Below are positions 49,256 through 58,812 of a stretch of DNA of 64,000 bases, piece after piece. The notes beneath the pieces were generated by a model. The model did no database searches, was not told the DNA's origin, and was given only the letters and a program-made list of their open reading frames with translations. Within the stretch, counting starts at the first letter, position 1. Every line of letters begins with the position of its first letter. Made by a program: the position numbers and the translations under genes. The stretch comes from Treponema sp. (lineage in GTDB: Bacteria; Spirochaetota; Spirochaetia; Treponematales; Breznakiellaceae): NCBI GenBank assembly GCA_009781475.1, contig WQYB01000001.1, positions 4,489 to 68,488 on the forward strand. Direction: 5' to 3'.

Positions 49256-49771
49256 TTGGCAGAGAAAGATTTACGTGTAAATGAACAGATTCGTTCCAGG
49301 GAAGTCCGTCTAATCCGGGATGACGGTGAACAGGAAATATTATCTGTTTCACAAGCGCTTGAATTTGCCAGAGAAGCAGGTTTGGATCTTGTAGAGGTTG
49401 CGCCGCAAGCGGTTCCTCCTGTCGTAAAGATTCTTGATTACGGTAAGTTCAGATTTGAAAACGAAAAGAGACTTCGGGATTCCAAGAAAAAACAAAAACT
49501 CCTGAAACTCAAAGAAATTCGTATGCAGCCTAAGATCGATGATCATGATTTGGATTTTAAATCTAAACATATAAAAGAGTTTTTAATCGACGGTAACAAG
49601 GTAAAAGTTACGATTCGTTTCCGCGGACGTGAATTAGCCCATACCGAGCTAGGTTATGATGTAATGAAAGACGTGCTTTCCCGTATAGAAGGAGAGTATG
49701 TTATGGATAAACCGCCTGCAATGGAAGGCCGTTTTATGTCGATGGTTTTAGGACCAAAAGGCAAAAAGTAA
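49256..49771 (+). CDS. infC: Translation initiation factor IF-3 (TTG start)
   Basis: [31 protein letters not shown]. Confidence 0.97.
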   Translation: MAEKDLRVNEQIRSREVRLIRDDGEQEILSVSQALEFAREAGLDLVEVAPQAVPPVVKILDYGKFRFENEKRLRDSKKKQKLLKLKEIRMQPKIDDHDLDFKSKHIKEFLIDGNKVKVTIRFRGRELAHTELGYDVMKDVLSRIEGEYVMDKPPAMEGRFMSMVLGPKGKK

Positions 49772-49820
49772 ACCGGCTGATTTATCGCAGAGTTGGTTAA
49801 ATATTTTTAAGGGGTGTTAT

Positions 49821-50021
49821 ATGCCTAAGATGAAAACAAAAAAAAGCGCGGCAAAGCGTTTTTCCTTTACCGGAACAGGCAAGGTAAAGTATAAAAAACA
49901 AAATTTGCGTCATATTCTGACTAAAAAGTCTTCAAAACGCAAACGCGGATTACGTCACGCAGGAATTTTATCTGATGATAATGTACCCGTGATCAGAAAA
50001 CAACTTCTACCATACGGTTAA
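49821..50021 (+). CDS. rpmI: 50S ribosomal protein L35
   Basis: [26 protein letters not shown]. Confidence 0.97.
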   Translation: MPKMKTKKSAAKRFSFTGTGKVKYKKQNLRHILTKKSSKRKRGLRHAGILSDDNVPVIRKQLLPYG

Positions 50022-50037
50022 TTAAAAGAGGAATAAT

Positions 50038-50400
50038 ATGTCAAGAGCAATAGACGGTTCAAAACGAAAAAACCGCAGAAAGAAAATTTTAAAACAGGCA
50101 AAGGGTTATTGGGGAAGAAGAGGTTCCAACTTTAAAACAGCAAAAGATGCTGTTACCAAATCTTTGGCTTATGCATATCGAGACAGAAAAGACAGAAAAG
50201 GCGAGTTTAGAAAACTTTGGATTATCAGAATTAATGCCGCGTGCAGAGAATTGGAAATTTCCTATTCACGGTTAATATGCGGTCTTGAAAAAGCCGGAAT
50301 TGTCATAAACAGAAAAGCATTGGCGTTTTTGGCGACTGAAGATAATGCGGCTTTTAAAGCAATTGTGGAAAAAGCCAAGGCGGCGTTAGCTTCCAATTAA
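50038..50400 (+). CDS. rplT: 50S ribosomal protein L20
   Basis: [32 protein letters not shown]. Confidence 0.97.
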   Translation: MSRAIDGSKRKNRRKKILKQAKGYWGRRGSNFKTAKDAVTKSLAYAYRDRKDRKGEFRKLWIIRINAACRELEISYSRLICGLEKAGIVINRKALAFLATEDNAAFKAIVEKAKAALASN

Positions 50401-50428
50401 CTTTTTGATTAATGCAGGAGCGTAAAAC

Positions 50429-50824
50429 ATGATTAGCCTTGAACAAGTCCAATTACTGGAAGTTAAAGTCGCAAAGGCGATCGAATATGTTGAACGGGTA
50501 ACAGCGGAAAATGCCGCTTTGAGTAGTGAAAAAGCGGGTTTGCAATCAAAGCTGGATATTAATCAAAAAAGAATTGACGAGCTTGAAGTGCTTGTTATGA
50601 GTTTTAAAGAAGATCAAGGGCGGATAGAAGATGGAATTATCGCCGCGTTAGATCGTCTTAGCCAATTTGAAGAAGCATTTGAAAACAGCTTAAAAGATAA
50701 AAAGCCGGTAAAAAAGCCATCTGTAAAAAAAGAAAAACCTTCTGAAGATAATGAACAGGAATATTTTGAAATTCAGGAAGAAAGCGGTAGTTCTCCTGCG
50801 GATGGAGAGCTGGACATTTTTTAA
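50429..50824 (+). CDS. Coiled-coil protein, ZapB-like
   Basis: Heptad pattern; lies between rplT and zapA as in treponemes. Confidence 0.65.
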   Translation: MISLEQVQLLEVKVAKAIEYVERVTAENAALSSEKAGLQSKLDINQKRIDELEVLVMSFKEDQGRIEDGIIAALDRLSQFEEAFENSLKDKKPVKKPSVKKEKPSEDNEQEYFEIQEESGSSPADGELDIF

Positions 50825-50833
50825 GAGGTATTA

Positions 50834-51127
50834 ATGGCCAATAAATTATGTCTGGATATTTTAGGAACATCTTTTACCATAACTGCTGACGAGGATGAAA
50901 AATATCTTGAAAAAGTGATGCAGCAATACAAAGCGGCTGTAGAAAATACACAAAATATTTCCGGTATTAAAGAATCCATAAATGTCGCAGTTTTAACCGG
51001 TTTTCTTTTATGTGATGAAATTAATAAACTGAAACAATCCAAAGAAGAAGCATTGGAAGTCGAAAGCCGCACCCTTCGTCTTATAGCCGCTCTTGATAAA
51101 GCTCTGGAGGATTATCCTGATGAATAA
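50834..51127 (+). CDS. zapA: Cell division protein ZapA
   Basis: LDILGTSFTI..DEDEKYL..VAVLTG..DEINK. Confidence 0.8.
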   Translation: MANKLCLDILGTSFTITADEDEKYLEKVMQQYKAAVENTQNISGIKESINVAVLTGFLLCDEINKLKQSKEEALEVESRTLRLIAALDKALEDYPDE

Positions 51128-52274
51128 AATTTACAGATTAAAAAATCAGGTTAAACATTATGATTGGGGATCAAAAAAAATGCTTCCTGATTTTTTGAAT
51201 GTACAAAATACTGAAGATAAACCTTATGCAGAACTATGGATGGGGACTCACAATGAAGCGCCGTCACAAGTATATAAAGACAGCGATGACAAATTAGTTA
51301 ATTTAAAAGAAATTTCAGGAGAGCTTCCGTTTCTTTTTAAATTGCTTGCTGTAGAAAAACCGCTTTCCATTCAGGCTCATCCGAATAAAACTCAGGCGGA
51401 AGAAGGTTTTAAAAAAGAAGAAAAAGATGGAATTAATATTAATGCTCCGAAGCGAAACTACAAAGATTCAAATCACAAACCGGAAATAATTTGTGCGATT
51501 ACTCCTATTACTTTAATGGGAGGTTTTAGAGAGCCCGATGAAATTATTAAATCAATGGAATTGTTTGTTTCACTGGATAATCATTTTACTAAATTGATTA
51601 ATGAACTTGAAAATAAAAATATCAGCGGTTTCTTTCGCTTACTTTTTAATTTTTCAAAAACGCAAATAGAAAATATTTGTTCATTTATTAATAATGCAGA
51701 TGAAAATGATACAAAGGATTTTATTTCCGGTGAACAATGGAAATTAATAAAAAGATTTGCATCAATTTATCCGCACGACATCGCAATTTTTTCACCGCTT
51801 TATTTAAATATTATTACATTACAAAGCGGGCAGGCTATATTTATTCCTGCAGGAGTTTTACATGCATATTTAAGCGGTTTTGGAGCGGAGTTAATGACAA
51901 GTTCGGATAATGTGTTAAGAGGCGGACTTACGCCAAAACATATCGATATCTGCGAACTTATGAATATTCTTGTTTTTGAACCATTTATACCGCAAATAAT
52001 AAATCCAAAGACTAATGAAATCAGTTTTAATTATTCCACACCTTGTAAAGAATTTTTATTAACAAGTTTAAAAACAAATGGTGAAACAATATTACCTGTA
52101 AATTCTCCGGCGATTTGTATTGTTACAGAAGGTGAATTAAAAGCAGCAGGAGTTTTATTTAATAAAGGAGAATCATTTTTTATTCCGAAAGAAAATGATC
52201 CTGTGGTTTTAAGCGGTAATTTTTCACTTTTCGCCGCTTCTATAGATAATACTTATCCGTGTGAATCCGCGTAA
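51120..52274 (+). CDS. manA: Mannose-6-phosphate isomerase, class I
   Basis: HYDWGS, AELWMGTH, LPFLFKLL, LSIQAHP, YKDSNHKPE, LHAYLSG, SDNVLRGGLT. Confidence 0.95.
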   Translation: MNKIYRLKNQVKHYDWGSKKMLPDFLNVQNTEDKPYAELWMGTHNEAPSQVYKDSDDKLVNLKEISGELPFLFKLLAVEKPLSIQAHPNKTQAEEGFKKEEKDGININAPKRNYKDSNHKPEIICAITPITLMGGFREPDEIIKSMELFVSLDNHFTKLINELENKNISGFFRLLFNFSKTQIENICSFINNADENDTKDFISGEQWKLIKRFASIYPHDIAIFSPLYLNIITLQSGQAIFIPAGVLHAYLSGFGAELMTSSDNVLRGGLTPKHIDICELMNILVFEPFIPQIINPKTNEISFNYSTPCKEFLLTSLKTNGETILPVNSPAICIVTEGELKAAGVLFNKGESFFIPKENDPVVLSGNFSLFAASIDNTYPCESA

Positions 52275-52278
52275 ATCC
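52254..52278. repeat. Degenerate repeat half-element covering the manA stop codon
   Basis: TATCCGTGTGAATCCGCGTAAATCC; same subtype as the argJ and 31928 arms. Confidence 0.6.
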
Positions 52279-52296
52279 ATTTTTAGTGAGTATTAA

Positions 52297-52737
52297 ATGA
52301 AAATACTTGTTGATGCAGATTCGTGTCCGAAAGCGGCAAGAGAGCTGGTTTTACGCAGAGCCGCAAAAATGGATATTAAAGTTATATTTGCAGCTAACCG
52401 TCCGATTCCGGTTACAGAAGGCGTTGTAATGGAAATATGCTCAAGCCATGAAAATTCAGCAGATGATCGTATTGTAGAACTTGCAGAAAATAACGATATT
52501 GCAATAACAAGAGATGTTCCGCTGGCTAAACGCCTTGTTGAAAAAAATGTTTATGTTATTGACGACAGGGGAAGAGTTTTTACATCAAATAATATTAATG
52601 AATTGCTTTCACTTCGCAACTTTACTGTAGGGCTTGCAGAAAACGGAATAGAGATTGTAAGAATAGCCAACTACAGTAAAAAGGATTTTAAAACTTTTGC
52701 CGACAGCTTTGACAGATTATTAACAAAGTTAAAATAA
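52297..52737 (+). CDS. YaiI/YqxD (DUF188) family protein
   Basis: ILVDADSCP, SADDRIV, ITRDVPLA, DDRG. Confidence 0.9.
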   Translation: MKILVDADSCPKAARELVLRRAAKMDIKVIFAANRPIPVTEGVVMEICSSHENSADDRIVELAENNDIAITRDVPLAKRLVEKNVYVIDDRGRVFTSNNINELLSLRNFTVGLAENGIEIVRIANYSKKDFKTFADSFDRLLTKLK

Positions 52738-52745
52738 AAAGCAGC

Positions 52746-53996
52746 TTAAGCGACTTCTTCCGGATAACTGCTTTGGGTTTGTTTGATATTTGTAAGTATT
52801 TCAAAAAAACATTCAATCAATTCCGGATCAAATTTGGTTCCGGAAAGTTTATGCATTTCATCAAGTACTTCGCTTTCACCCCAGGGTTCCTTGTATACAC
52901 GTTTAGAACAAAGCGCGTCGTAGACATCTGCGATTGCGACAATTCTGCCGCTTAATGGTATTTCTTCGCCTTTTTTTCCAAGGGGTTTTCCGTTTTCATC
53001 TGCTTTTTCAACAATACCTGTGTTTGGATCGATCCAGCCGGGGTATCCAGTGCCGTCCCAATTTTCGTGGTGAGTTAAAGCGATATCCTTGGCAAGTGTA
53101 TCCATTGGAGAACTTGAATCATGAAAAAGACTAGCACCGTAAACAGTATGGTTTTGCATAACAAGAAATTCTTCGGGAGTAAAACGTGAAGGTTTTTTTA
53201 AAATAGCATCAGAAATGGCAACCTTGCCTACATCATGGAGCATTGAACTCATTTTTAAAGTGTCACGGAATGTATCTCTTTCTCCGACAGGAATATTTTT
53301 ATGATATGCCCAGCGATCATATATATCTACAGCGTATCCTGCAACACGGTTTACATGCATGCCGGTTTCTTTGGGGTCACGAAGTTCAGACATTCTTATC
53401 ATTCTAAGAATCATCTTTCTTGTCATAAATGCTTTCTGTAAAACCATAGTAGCATTCGTAGCAAAGTGGGTAAGTATAATTTCGTCATCAGATGTAAACG
53501 GAACAATAACTCCCTTTTTGTCTTTGGAATTGAGTACCTGGATGACACCCATCAATTTATTATCTGTAGCGACAAGAGGAATGGTTAAGCCGGATACGGT
53601 TTTATATCCTGTTATCATGTCGTAATTTGAATAGAATTTATAAGGAGCTTCGGCAGGTATATTATACATATCGGGAACATTGATAAGCGTTTTATTCAAG
53701 GCGCAGTAACCTGATATGGATTTTTCATTTATTGGAACAGAGAAAATCGAATAAATCATCTTTTGACCGGCGGGGAGGTTTTTCTGAATAGTATCATTTT
53801 GTGAATATTTTATAGATAGTTTCTCAGTACCTTCTTCGTTTGCCTCTGTAGGAACTGAAATATAAATTGAACCGGCATCAGCGTGAACAACCTTTCTTGA
53901 TTCGTATAGAATTCTTTCCAGTAACAGGTCAAAATCCTGAATTTGATTTAATTCTGAATCAAGCTGAATTATGTTCTTAAAATCCGTATTTTTCAT
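52746..53996 (-). CDS. GAF + HD-GYP cyclic-di-GMP phosphodiesterase
   Basis: RDPKETGMHVNRV, LHDVGK, HHENWDGTGYP, ADVYDAL..RVYK. Confidence 0.92.
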   Translation of the reverse strand: MKNTDFKNIIQLDSELNQIQDFDLLLERILYESRKVVHADAGSIYISVPTEANEEGTEKLSIKYSQNDTIQKNLPAGQKMIYSIFSVPINEKSISGYCALNKTLINVPDMYNIPAEAPYKFYSNYDMITGYKTVSGLTIPLVATDNKLMGVIQVLNSKDKKGVIVPFTSDDEIILTHFATNATMVLQKAFMTRKMILRMIRMSELRDPKETGMHVNRVAGYAVDIYDRWAYHKNIPVGERDTFRDTLKMSSMLHDVGKVAISDAILKKPSRFTPEEFLVMQNHTVYGASLFHDSSSPMDTLAKDIALTHHENWDGTGYPGWIDPNTGIVEKADENGKPLGKKGEEIPLSGRIVAIADVYDALCSKRVYKEPWGESEVLDEMHKLSGTKFDPELIECFFEILTNIKQTQSSYPEEVA

Positions 53997-54065
53997 ATTT
54001 TATTTAAAACCTCTTGCTTTAATCATCGATCATTAATATTGTATAATAAAGAGGAAAGTAGCACA

Positions 54066-54668
54066 ATGGGAGTGATAAAAACAGCGCTGGAAATAGCTCT
54101 TGAAAAGACAGAAAGCGTAAAAAGCGATAAATCCAGTATAGGTTTATTTGAAGCGAAGCAGAGGGGTAAAAAACTTGCAAACACATTCCTTGAAGGGGAT
54201 GTAAATTTAATAGATGAGCTTAAAAAAACGCCTGTAACAGATAAAGAAAGCCTAATTCAAGGTATTTTTGATGTACTTATTACACAAATTGCTCTTCCTT
54301 CCGGTGAAGATGATGAAAAAAAGATAGAAAAACTGGGTAAGGGGTTAGAAATACTAATCCAATCAAAAGATTCAAAAAAATCGAATGAATTTTCCGCAAT
54401 GTATAAACAATTAACCCAAATTTACACGCAGTATTTACAGGAATCGGCACAATACGAACAAATGGTACGCCAGCAATATGCTCCAAAACTTCGTCAAAAA
54501 GAAGAGGAATTATCCCGAAGGCTTGGCAGGGAAGTGCGCATCGACCCATTGCAAGACCCCGAGTTTGTAGCATTTTACAATCAGCACATGGGCGCTGTCA
54601 AAGCTAACTACGAACCTGTCGTCGAACAGGCGAGAGAAGAAATCCGCAAAATGTTCGGCATTGTATAA
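54066..54668 (+). CDS. Conserved helical hypothetical protein (spirochaete type)
   Basis: MGVIKTALEIALEKT N-terminus, DPLQDPEF. Confidence 0.7.
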   Translation: MGVIKTALEIALEKTESVKSDKSSIGLFEAKQRGKKLANTFLEGDVNLIDELKKTPVTDKESLIQGIFDVLITQIALPSGEDDEKKIEKLGKGLEILIQSKDSKKSNEFSAMYKQLTQIYTQYLQESAQYEQMVRQQYAPKLRQKEEELSRRLGREVRIDPLQDPEFVAFYNQHMGAVKANYEPVVEQAREEIRKMFGIV

Positions 54669-54695
54669 ATATAATTTTCTTAATTAAGAATAAAA

Positions 54696-54775
54696 ACCAC
54701 AGAGGACACGGAGGGACACGGAGTTTTTTGTCCGAAAGCAACTCTTCCTCCGTGAAACTCCGTGTACTCCGTGGT
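54696..54775. repeat. 80-bp palindromic element (copy C, inverted relative to A/B) between convergent genes
   Basis: Reverse complement ACCACGGAGTACACGGAGTTTCACGGAGG-loop-ACTCCGTGTCCCTCCGTGTCCTCTGTGGT. Confidence 0.9.
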
Positions 54776-54782
54776 TAATTTC

Positions 54783-55784
54783 TTATTTAGGATTTTTAGC
54801 AAAACAGGCGACTTTGTGTTCTTCATTTCCTGCTGCAGCAACTAAAGGCGGCTGTTTTGTTTTGCATATATCCATTTTGCAAGGACATCGATCATAAAAA
54901 TAGCAGCCCGGTCTTTTTACATTTGGTGACGGCACATCTCCGGTAAGAATTATCCGTTTTCTTTGAGCCTCGATTTTTGGATCTGGTATCGGCGCAGACG
55001 ATAAAAGAGCCTGTGTATACGGATGCAATGGATTTTTGTATAAATCGCTGTAATTACTTATCTCTACGATTTTACCCAAATACATTACTGCGATTCTGTC
55101 TGATATATATTCGATAACTGCCAGGTCATGCGCGATAAATAAATACGAAAGTCCCATCTCTTTTTGAATATCTTTAAAAAGATTTAAGATCTGAGACTGA
55201 ATAGAAACATCGAGAGCAGAGACAGGTTCGTCTGCAAGTATTAACTGCGGGTTTAAAGCAAGAGCGCGTGCTATACCGATGCGCTGGCGCTGACCTCCGG
55301 AAAACTCATGAGGGTAGCGGTTTTTGTAAAACTTTAAAAGACCTACCATGTCCATTAATTTTTCTACTCTAACATTTATTTCCTGATTTGTTATTTCCAA
55401 AAGTCCCATGTTTTTATATATTCTAAGCGGCTCTGCGATTATGTCTCCTGTTGTCATTCTGGGATTAAGCGAGGCATAAGGATTTTGAAAAACAATTTGC
55501 ATGTTTCTCCTTGCTTCCATTAATTCTTGTTTGTTTAATTTACCAAGTTCTTTTCCGTTAAGATAAATTTCGCCGGATGTCGGTGTATACAGTTGTGCCA
55601 ACGCGCGTACGACAGTGGATTTTCCGCAGCCTGATTCTCCTACAAGTCCTAGTGTTTCTCCTTTTTCAAGCGAAAAGGAAACACCGTCTACTGCATAAAT
55701 AAATTGTTTTTGTCTTTTTATAATTCCTTTATAACCTGTATGAAAGTGCATACAAAGATCTTTTACTTCCAGTAGTTTACTCAT
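54783..55784 (-). CDS. oppF: Oligopeptide ABC transporter ATPase
   Basis: [30 protein letters not shown]-terminal Cys cluster. Confidence 0.9.
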   Translation of the reverse strand: MSKLLEVKDLCMHFHTGYKGIIKRQKQFIYAVDGVSFSLEKGETLGLVGESGCGKSTVVRALAQLYTPTSGEIYLNGKELGKLNKQELMEARRNMQIVFQNPYASLNPRMTTGDIIAEPLRIYKNMGLLEITNQEINVRVEKLMDMVGLLKFYKNRYPHEFSGGQRQRIGIARALALNPQLILADEPVSALDVSIQSQILNLFKDIQKEMGLSYLFIAHDLAVIEYISDRIAVMYLGKIVEISNYSDLYKNPLHPYTQALLSSAPIPDPKIEAQRKRIILTGDVPSPNVKRPGCYFYDRCPCKMDICKTKQPPLVAAAGNEEHKVACFAKNPK

Positions 55785-56770
55785 GATGCGCTCCAGCATG
55801 AAGCAAAATGCCCTTTGTCATATTCTTTTTCCTGCGGATATGCTTTTTTGCAAATGTCGATTGCTTTATTACAGCGCGGGAAAAACGGGCAGCATTCGGG
55901 AAGATCGATTACATTTGGCGGCTGACCGGGTATGGAAAAAAGACGCTCGGAACTTTGTTTGTCAAGGCGCGGGACTGATTCTATCAAACCTTTTGTGTAC
56001 GGATGAATTGGATTTTCAAAAATATCTTCTGTAAGACCTCTTTCCACGATTCTTCCTGCATACATTACGATTATCGTGTTGCACATTCCTGCGACAACTC
56101 CAAGCGAGTGAGTGATAATTATTACGGCTGTGTTAAACTTTACTGTAAGCTCTTTCATAAGTTCCAGTATCTGCGCTTGAATGGTAACATCCAACGCGCT
56201 TGTAGGTTCGTCTGCTATTAAAATTTCAGGGTTACACGAAAGACCCATAGCTATCATAACACGCTGGCACATACCGCCGGAAAACTGATGCGGATAATTG
56301 TCGATTCTCTCTTCGGCTGCAGGGATTCCTGCCAGCGTGAGCATTTCTATCGCGCGTTTGCGTGCATCTTTACGGTTAAGTTTTTGATGCAGTTGAATTG
56401 TTTCGATCATCTGTGTGGAGATTTTTAAAAACGGATTTAAACTTGTCATAGGGTCTTGAAAGACCATCGAAATTTTATCGCCTCGAATTTGACGCAGCTT
56501 TTTTTTGTCCATTTTAAGCAAGTCTTCGCCGTTATATAAAACTTCGCCGGAAATTATTTTTCCAGGAGGCGATTGAATAAGATTTATAATAGAAAGATTT
56601 GTAACAGATTTTCCCGAGCCCGACTCGCCTACAATGCCAAGTACCTCGCCTTTGCATAAATAAAACGAAACATCGTCTACTGCTTTTACGACTCCTTCGT
56701 CTGTAAAAAAATGAGTTCTAAGGTTTTTAACTTCGAGTATTTTTTCTTCGGTTAACGCTAATTTTTCCAA
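55781..56770 (-). CDS. oppD: Oligopeptide ABC transporter ATPase (probable TTG start at 56770)
   Basis: [35 protein letters not shown]. Confidence 0.9.
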   Translation of the reverse strand: MEKLALTEEKILEVKNLRTHFFTDEGVVKAVDDVSFYLCKGEVLGIVGESGSGKSVTNLSIINLIQSPPGKIISGEVLYNGEDLLKMDKKKLRQIRGDKISMVFQDPMTSLNPFLKISTQMIETIQLHQKLNRKDARKRAIEMLTLAGIPAAEERIDNYPHQFSGGMCQRVMIAMGLSCNPEILIADEPTSALDVTIQAQILELMKELTVKFNTAVIIITHSLGVVAGMCNTIIVMYAGRIVERGLTEDIFENPIHPYTKGLIESVPRLDKQSSERLFSIPGQPPNVIDLPECCPFFPRCNKAIDICKKAYPQEKEYDKGHFASCWSAS

Positions 56771-56789
56771 TACAATTTCCTTAAAACTT

Positions 56790-57851
56790 TTATGTTCTGT
56801 TTTTTCCCTGCGGATCAAATGCGTCTCTTAACCCGTCACCTAAAAAGTTCATGGCAAAAAGAAATACGGTCATCATCGCAGCAGGCACGATTAATAACCA
56901 GGGGTAGAGTTCCATGCTTTTTACACCTTCGTCTATCAAAGAACCCCATGACGACATGGGAGCGGAAACGCCTAACCCCAAAAATGAAAGAAAACTTTCC
57001 GACATAATAAATCCCGGAAACGAAAGCGTAGAATAAATAATAATAATTCCAAGTGTATTAGGTAAAAGATGTTTTGCGATAATGCGAGGTGTGCCTGCGC
57101 CAATTGATTTTGCAGCTTCTATAAATTCGGAATTTTTTAAACTGATAATTTGTCCGCGTACAACACGGGAAATTGTAAGCCATGAAACCAAAGCAATAGC
57201 GATAAACAATAAATAGATACTGCGACCTCCAAAAAGCGCCATAAAAACAATTACTACCATCATGTAAGGAAGCCCGTAAATAATGTCAACAATGCGCATC
57301 ATTACATTGTCGACTCGCCCGCCGTTATATCCTGCTATCGCGCCCCACGCGATCCCAATTAACAATGCTGTAATGGTTCCAACTAACCCAATCCCAAGTG
57401 AAATGCGGCCGCCGTAAATCGCGCGTGAAAGTATATCGCGTCCGAGTATGTCTGTTCCCAAAAGATAAATACGCTTGTGAACAGGATCGGTTAACGCATC
57501 GAGCTTCATCGCGTCAAGTTCGTTTTGTTCTTTTTCGGTGTATTGTGTTCTTCCTTCCGCTGTCATTAATCGTGACAAATAATTTTCCTGAACACGGATC
57601 ATTACATTACCTGCGGTGTCAAACGAAGGAGGCAGGTAAATGTGTCTCATTTCCTGTCTTTCATAAGGGTACAAAGGCAAAAGCGGAGCGGCAAGCGATA
57701 AAACAAAATAAAATAAAACGATTATTAATCCGGCAAAAGCCATTTTATTTTTTTTAAGACGTTTCCATGCATCTGCATAAAGCGAAACCGGTTTTACGAT
57801 CTTGTCAAACTCATTTAATGCGGCTTCTGCTTTTTTTTGGGTTAACGCCAT
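56790..57851 (-). CDS. oppC: Oligopeptide ABC permease
   Basis: LGTDILGRD, EFIEAAKSIGA, ESFLSFLGLG, GDGLRDAFDP. Confidence 0.92.
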   Translation of the reverse strand: MALTQKKAEAALNEFDKIVKPVSLYADAWKRLKKNKMAFAGLIIVLFYFVLSLAAPLLPLYPYERQEMRHIYLPPSFDTAGNVMIRVQENYLSRLMTAEGRTQYTEKEQNELDAMKLDALTDPVHKRIYLLGTDILGRDILSRAIYGGRISLGIGLVGTITALLIGIAWGAIAGYNGGRVDNVMMRIVDIIYGLPYMMVVIVFMALFGGRSIYLLFIAIALVSWLTISRVVRGQIISLKNSEFIEAAKSIGAGTPRIIAKHLLPNTLGIIIIYSTLSFPGFIMSESFLSFLGLGVSAPMSSWGSLIDEGVKSMELYPWLLIVPAAMMTVFLFAMNFLGDGLRDAFDPQGKNRT

Positions 57852-57859
57852 AATAATCT

Positions 57860-58789
57860 CTATTTATATGATATTCTTGGGTCTAAAAACCCGTAAATAA
57901 TATCTACGATAAAATTTAATATTACCAATATTAACGAATAAACAATTACTGTTCCCATGATCATCGTATAATCTCTATTTATTGCCGAGCGAACAAAGTG
58001 CATACCAAGCCCCGGTATTGCAAATATTTTTTCTACAACTACAGAACCTGTAATTACCAAAGCCATTGCAGGTCCCAAATAACTTACAACAGGAAGACAT
58101 GCGCCTTTTAAAACATGTTTGAAAATTATTACCGGCATGGAAAGCCCTTTGGCAAGTGCTGTGCGCACAAAATCTGAACGTAAAGTTTCCAGCATACTTG
58201 CCCGCATTAAACGCGCTATGTACGCAAACTGAGGAAGCGCCAAAGTGATTACAGGCATGATCATTGTTTTAATACCATGCCGCCCGTCTATCCAACCCGA
58301 AGTTGGAAGCCAGTTTAAACTAACTGCAAAAATAAGCATAAGAACAGGACCGATCACGAATGTCGGAATGGAAATACCAGTTACCGCTAACGACATTACA
58401 GTGTAGTCGGCTAGTTTATTTTGCTTTAACGCAGAAATTATTCCGGCAGTTATTCCAAAAATTAAAGAAAGAACAAGTGAAGCTAATCCAAGTATTATCG
58501 AATTTGGAAGACTGAACGCGATTAATTCATTTACTGTAAAATCTTTATTTGTAAAAGACGGACCTAAATCACCTTGAAGAACACCGCCCATAAAACGCAG
58601 GTACTGTTTTATAAGAGGTTCATCCATGTGATACTTAGCCATTAGGTTTTCAAGGATTGCCTGTGGAACAGCTTTTTCTCTTGCAAAAGGACCTCCGGGG
58701 GCAAGGCGTATTATAAAAAATCCAATTGTGATTATTATGAACATTGTCGGAATAATACTTAAGAATCTTTTAAATACAAATTGCCCCAC
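57860..58789 (-). CDS. oppB: Oligopeptide ABC permease
   Basis: APGGPF, GDLGPS, FVRTALAKGL, RDY, LDPRI; GTG start. Confidence 0.92.
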   Translation of the reverse strand: MGQFVFKRFLSIIPTMFIIITIGFFIIRLAPGGPFAREKAVPQAILENLMAKYHMDEPLIKQYLRFMGGVLQGDLGPSFTNKDFTVNELIAFSLPNSIILGLASLVLSLIFGITAGIISALKQNKLADYTVMSLAVTGISIPTFVIGPVLMLIFAVSLNWLPTSGWIDGRHGIKTMIMPVITLALPQFAYIARLMRASMLETLRSDFVRTALAKGLSMPVIIFKHVLKGACLPVVSYLGPAMALVITGSVVVEKIFAIPGLGMHFVRSAINRDYTMIMGTVIVYSLILVILNFIVDIIYGFLDPRISYK

Positions 58790-58812
58790 AAGATCTCCTT
58801 ATTTTTCTTTAA

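Noticed and set aside
51120-51130. 6S RNA after zapA
   Set aside because: zapA overlaps manA directly, leaving no space.
26678-54775. Repeats as a CRISPR array or IS ends
   Set aside because: Copies are isolated hairpins many kb apart, with no repeat-spacer periodicity, no cas genes and no transposase between arms.
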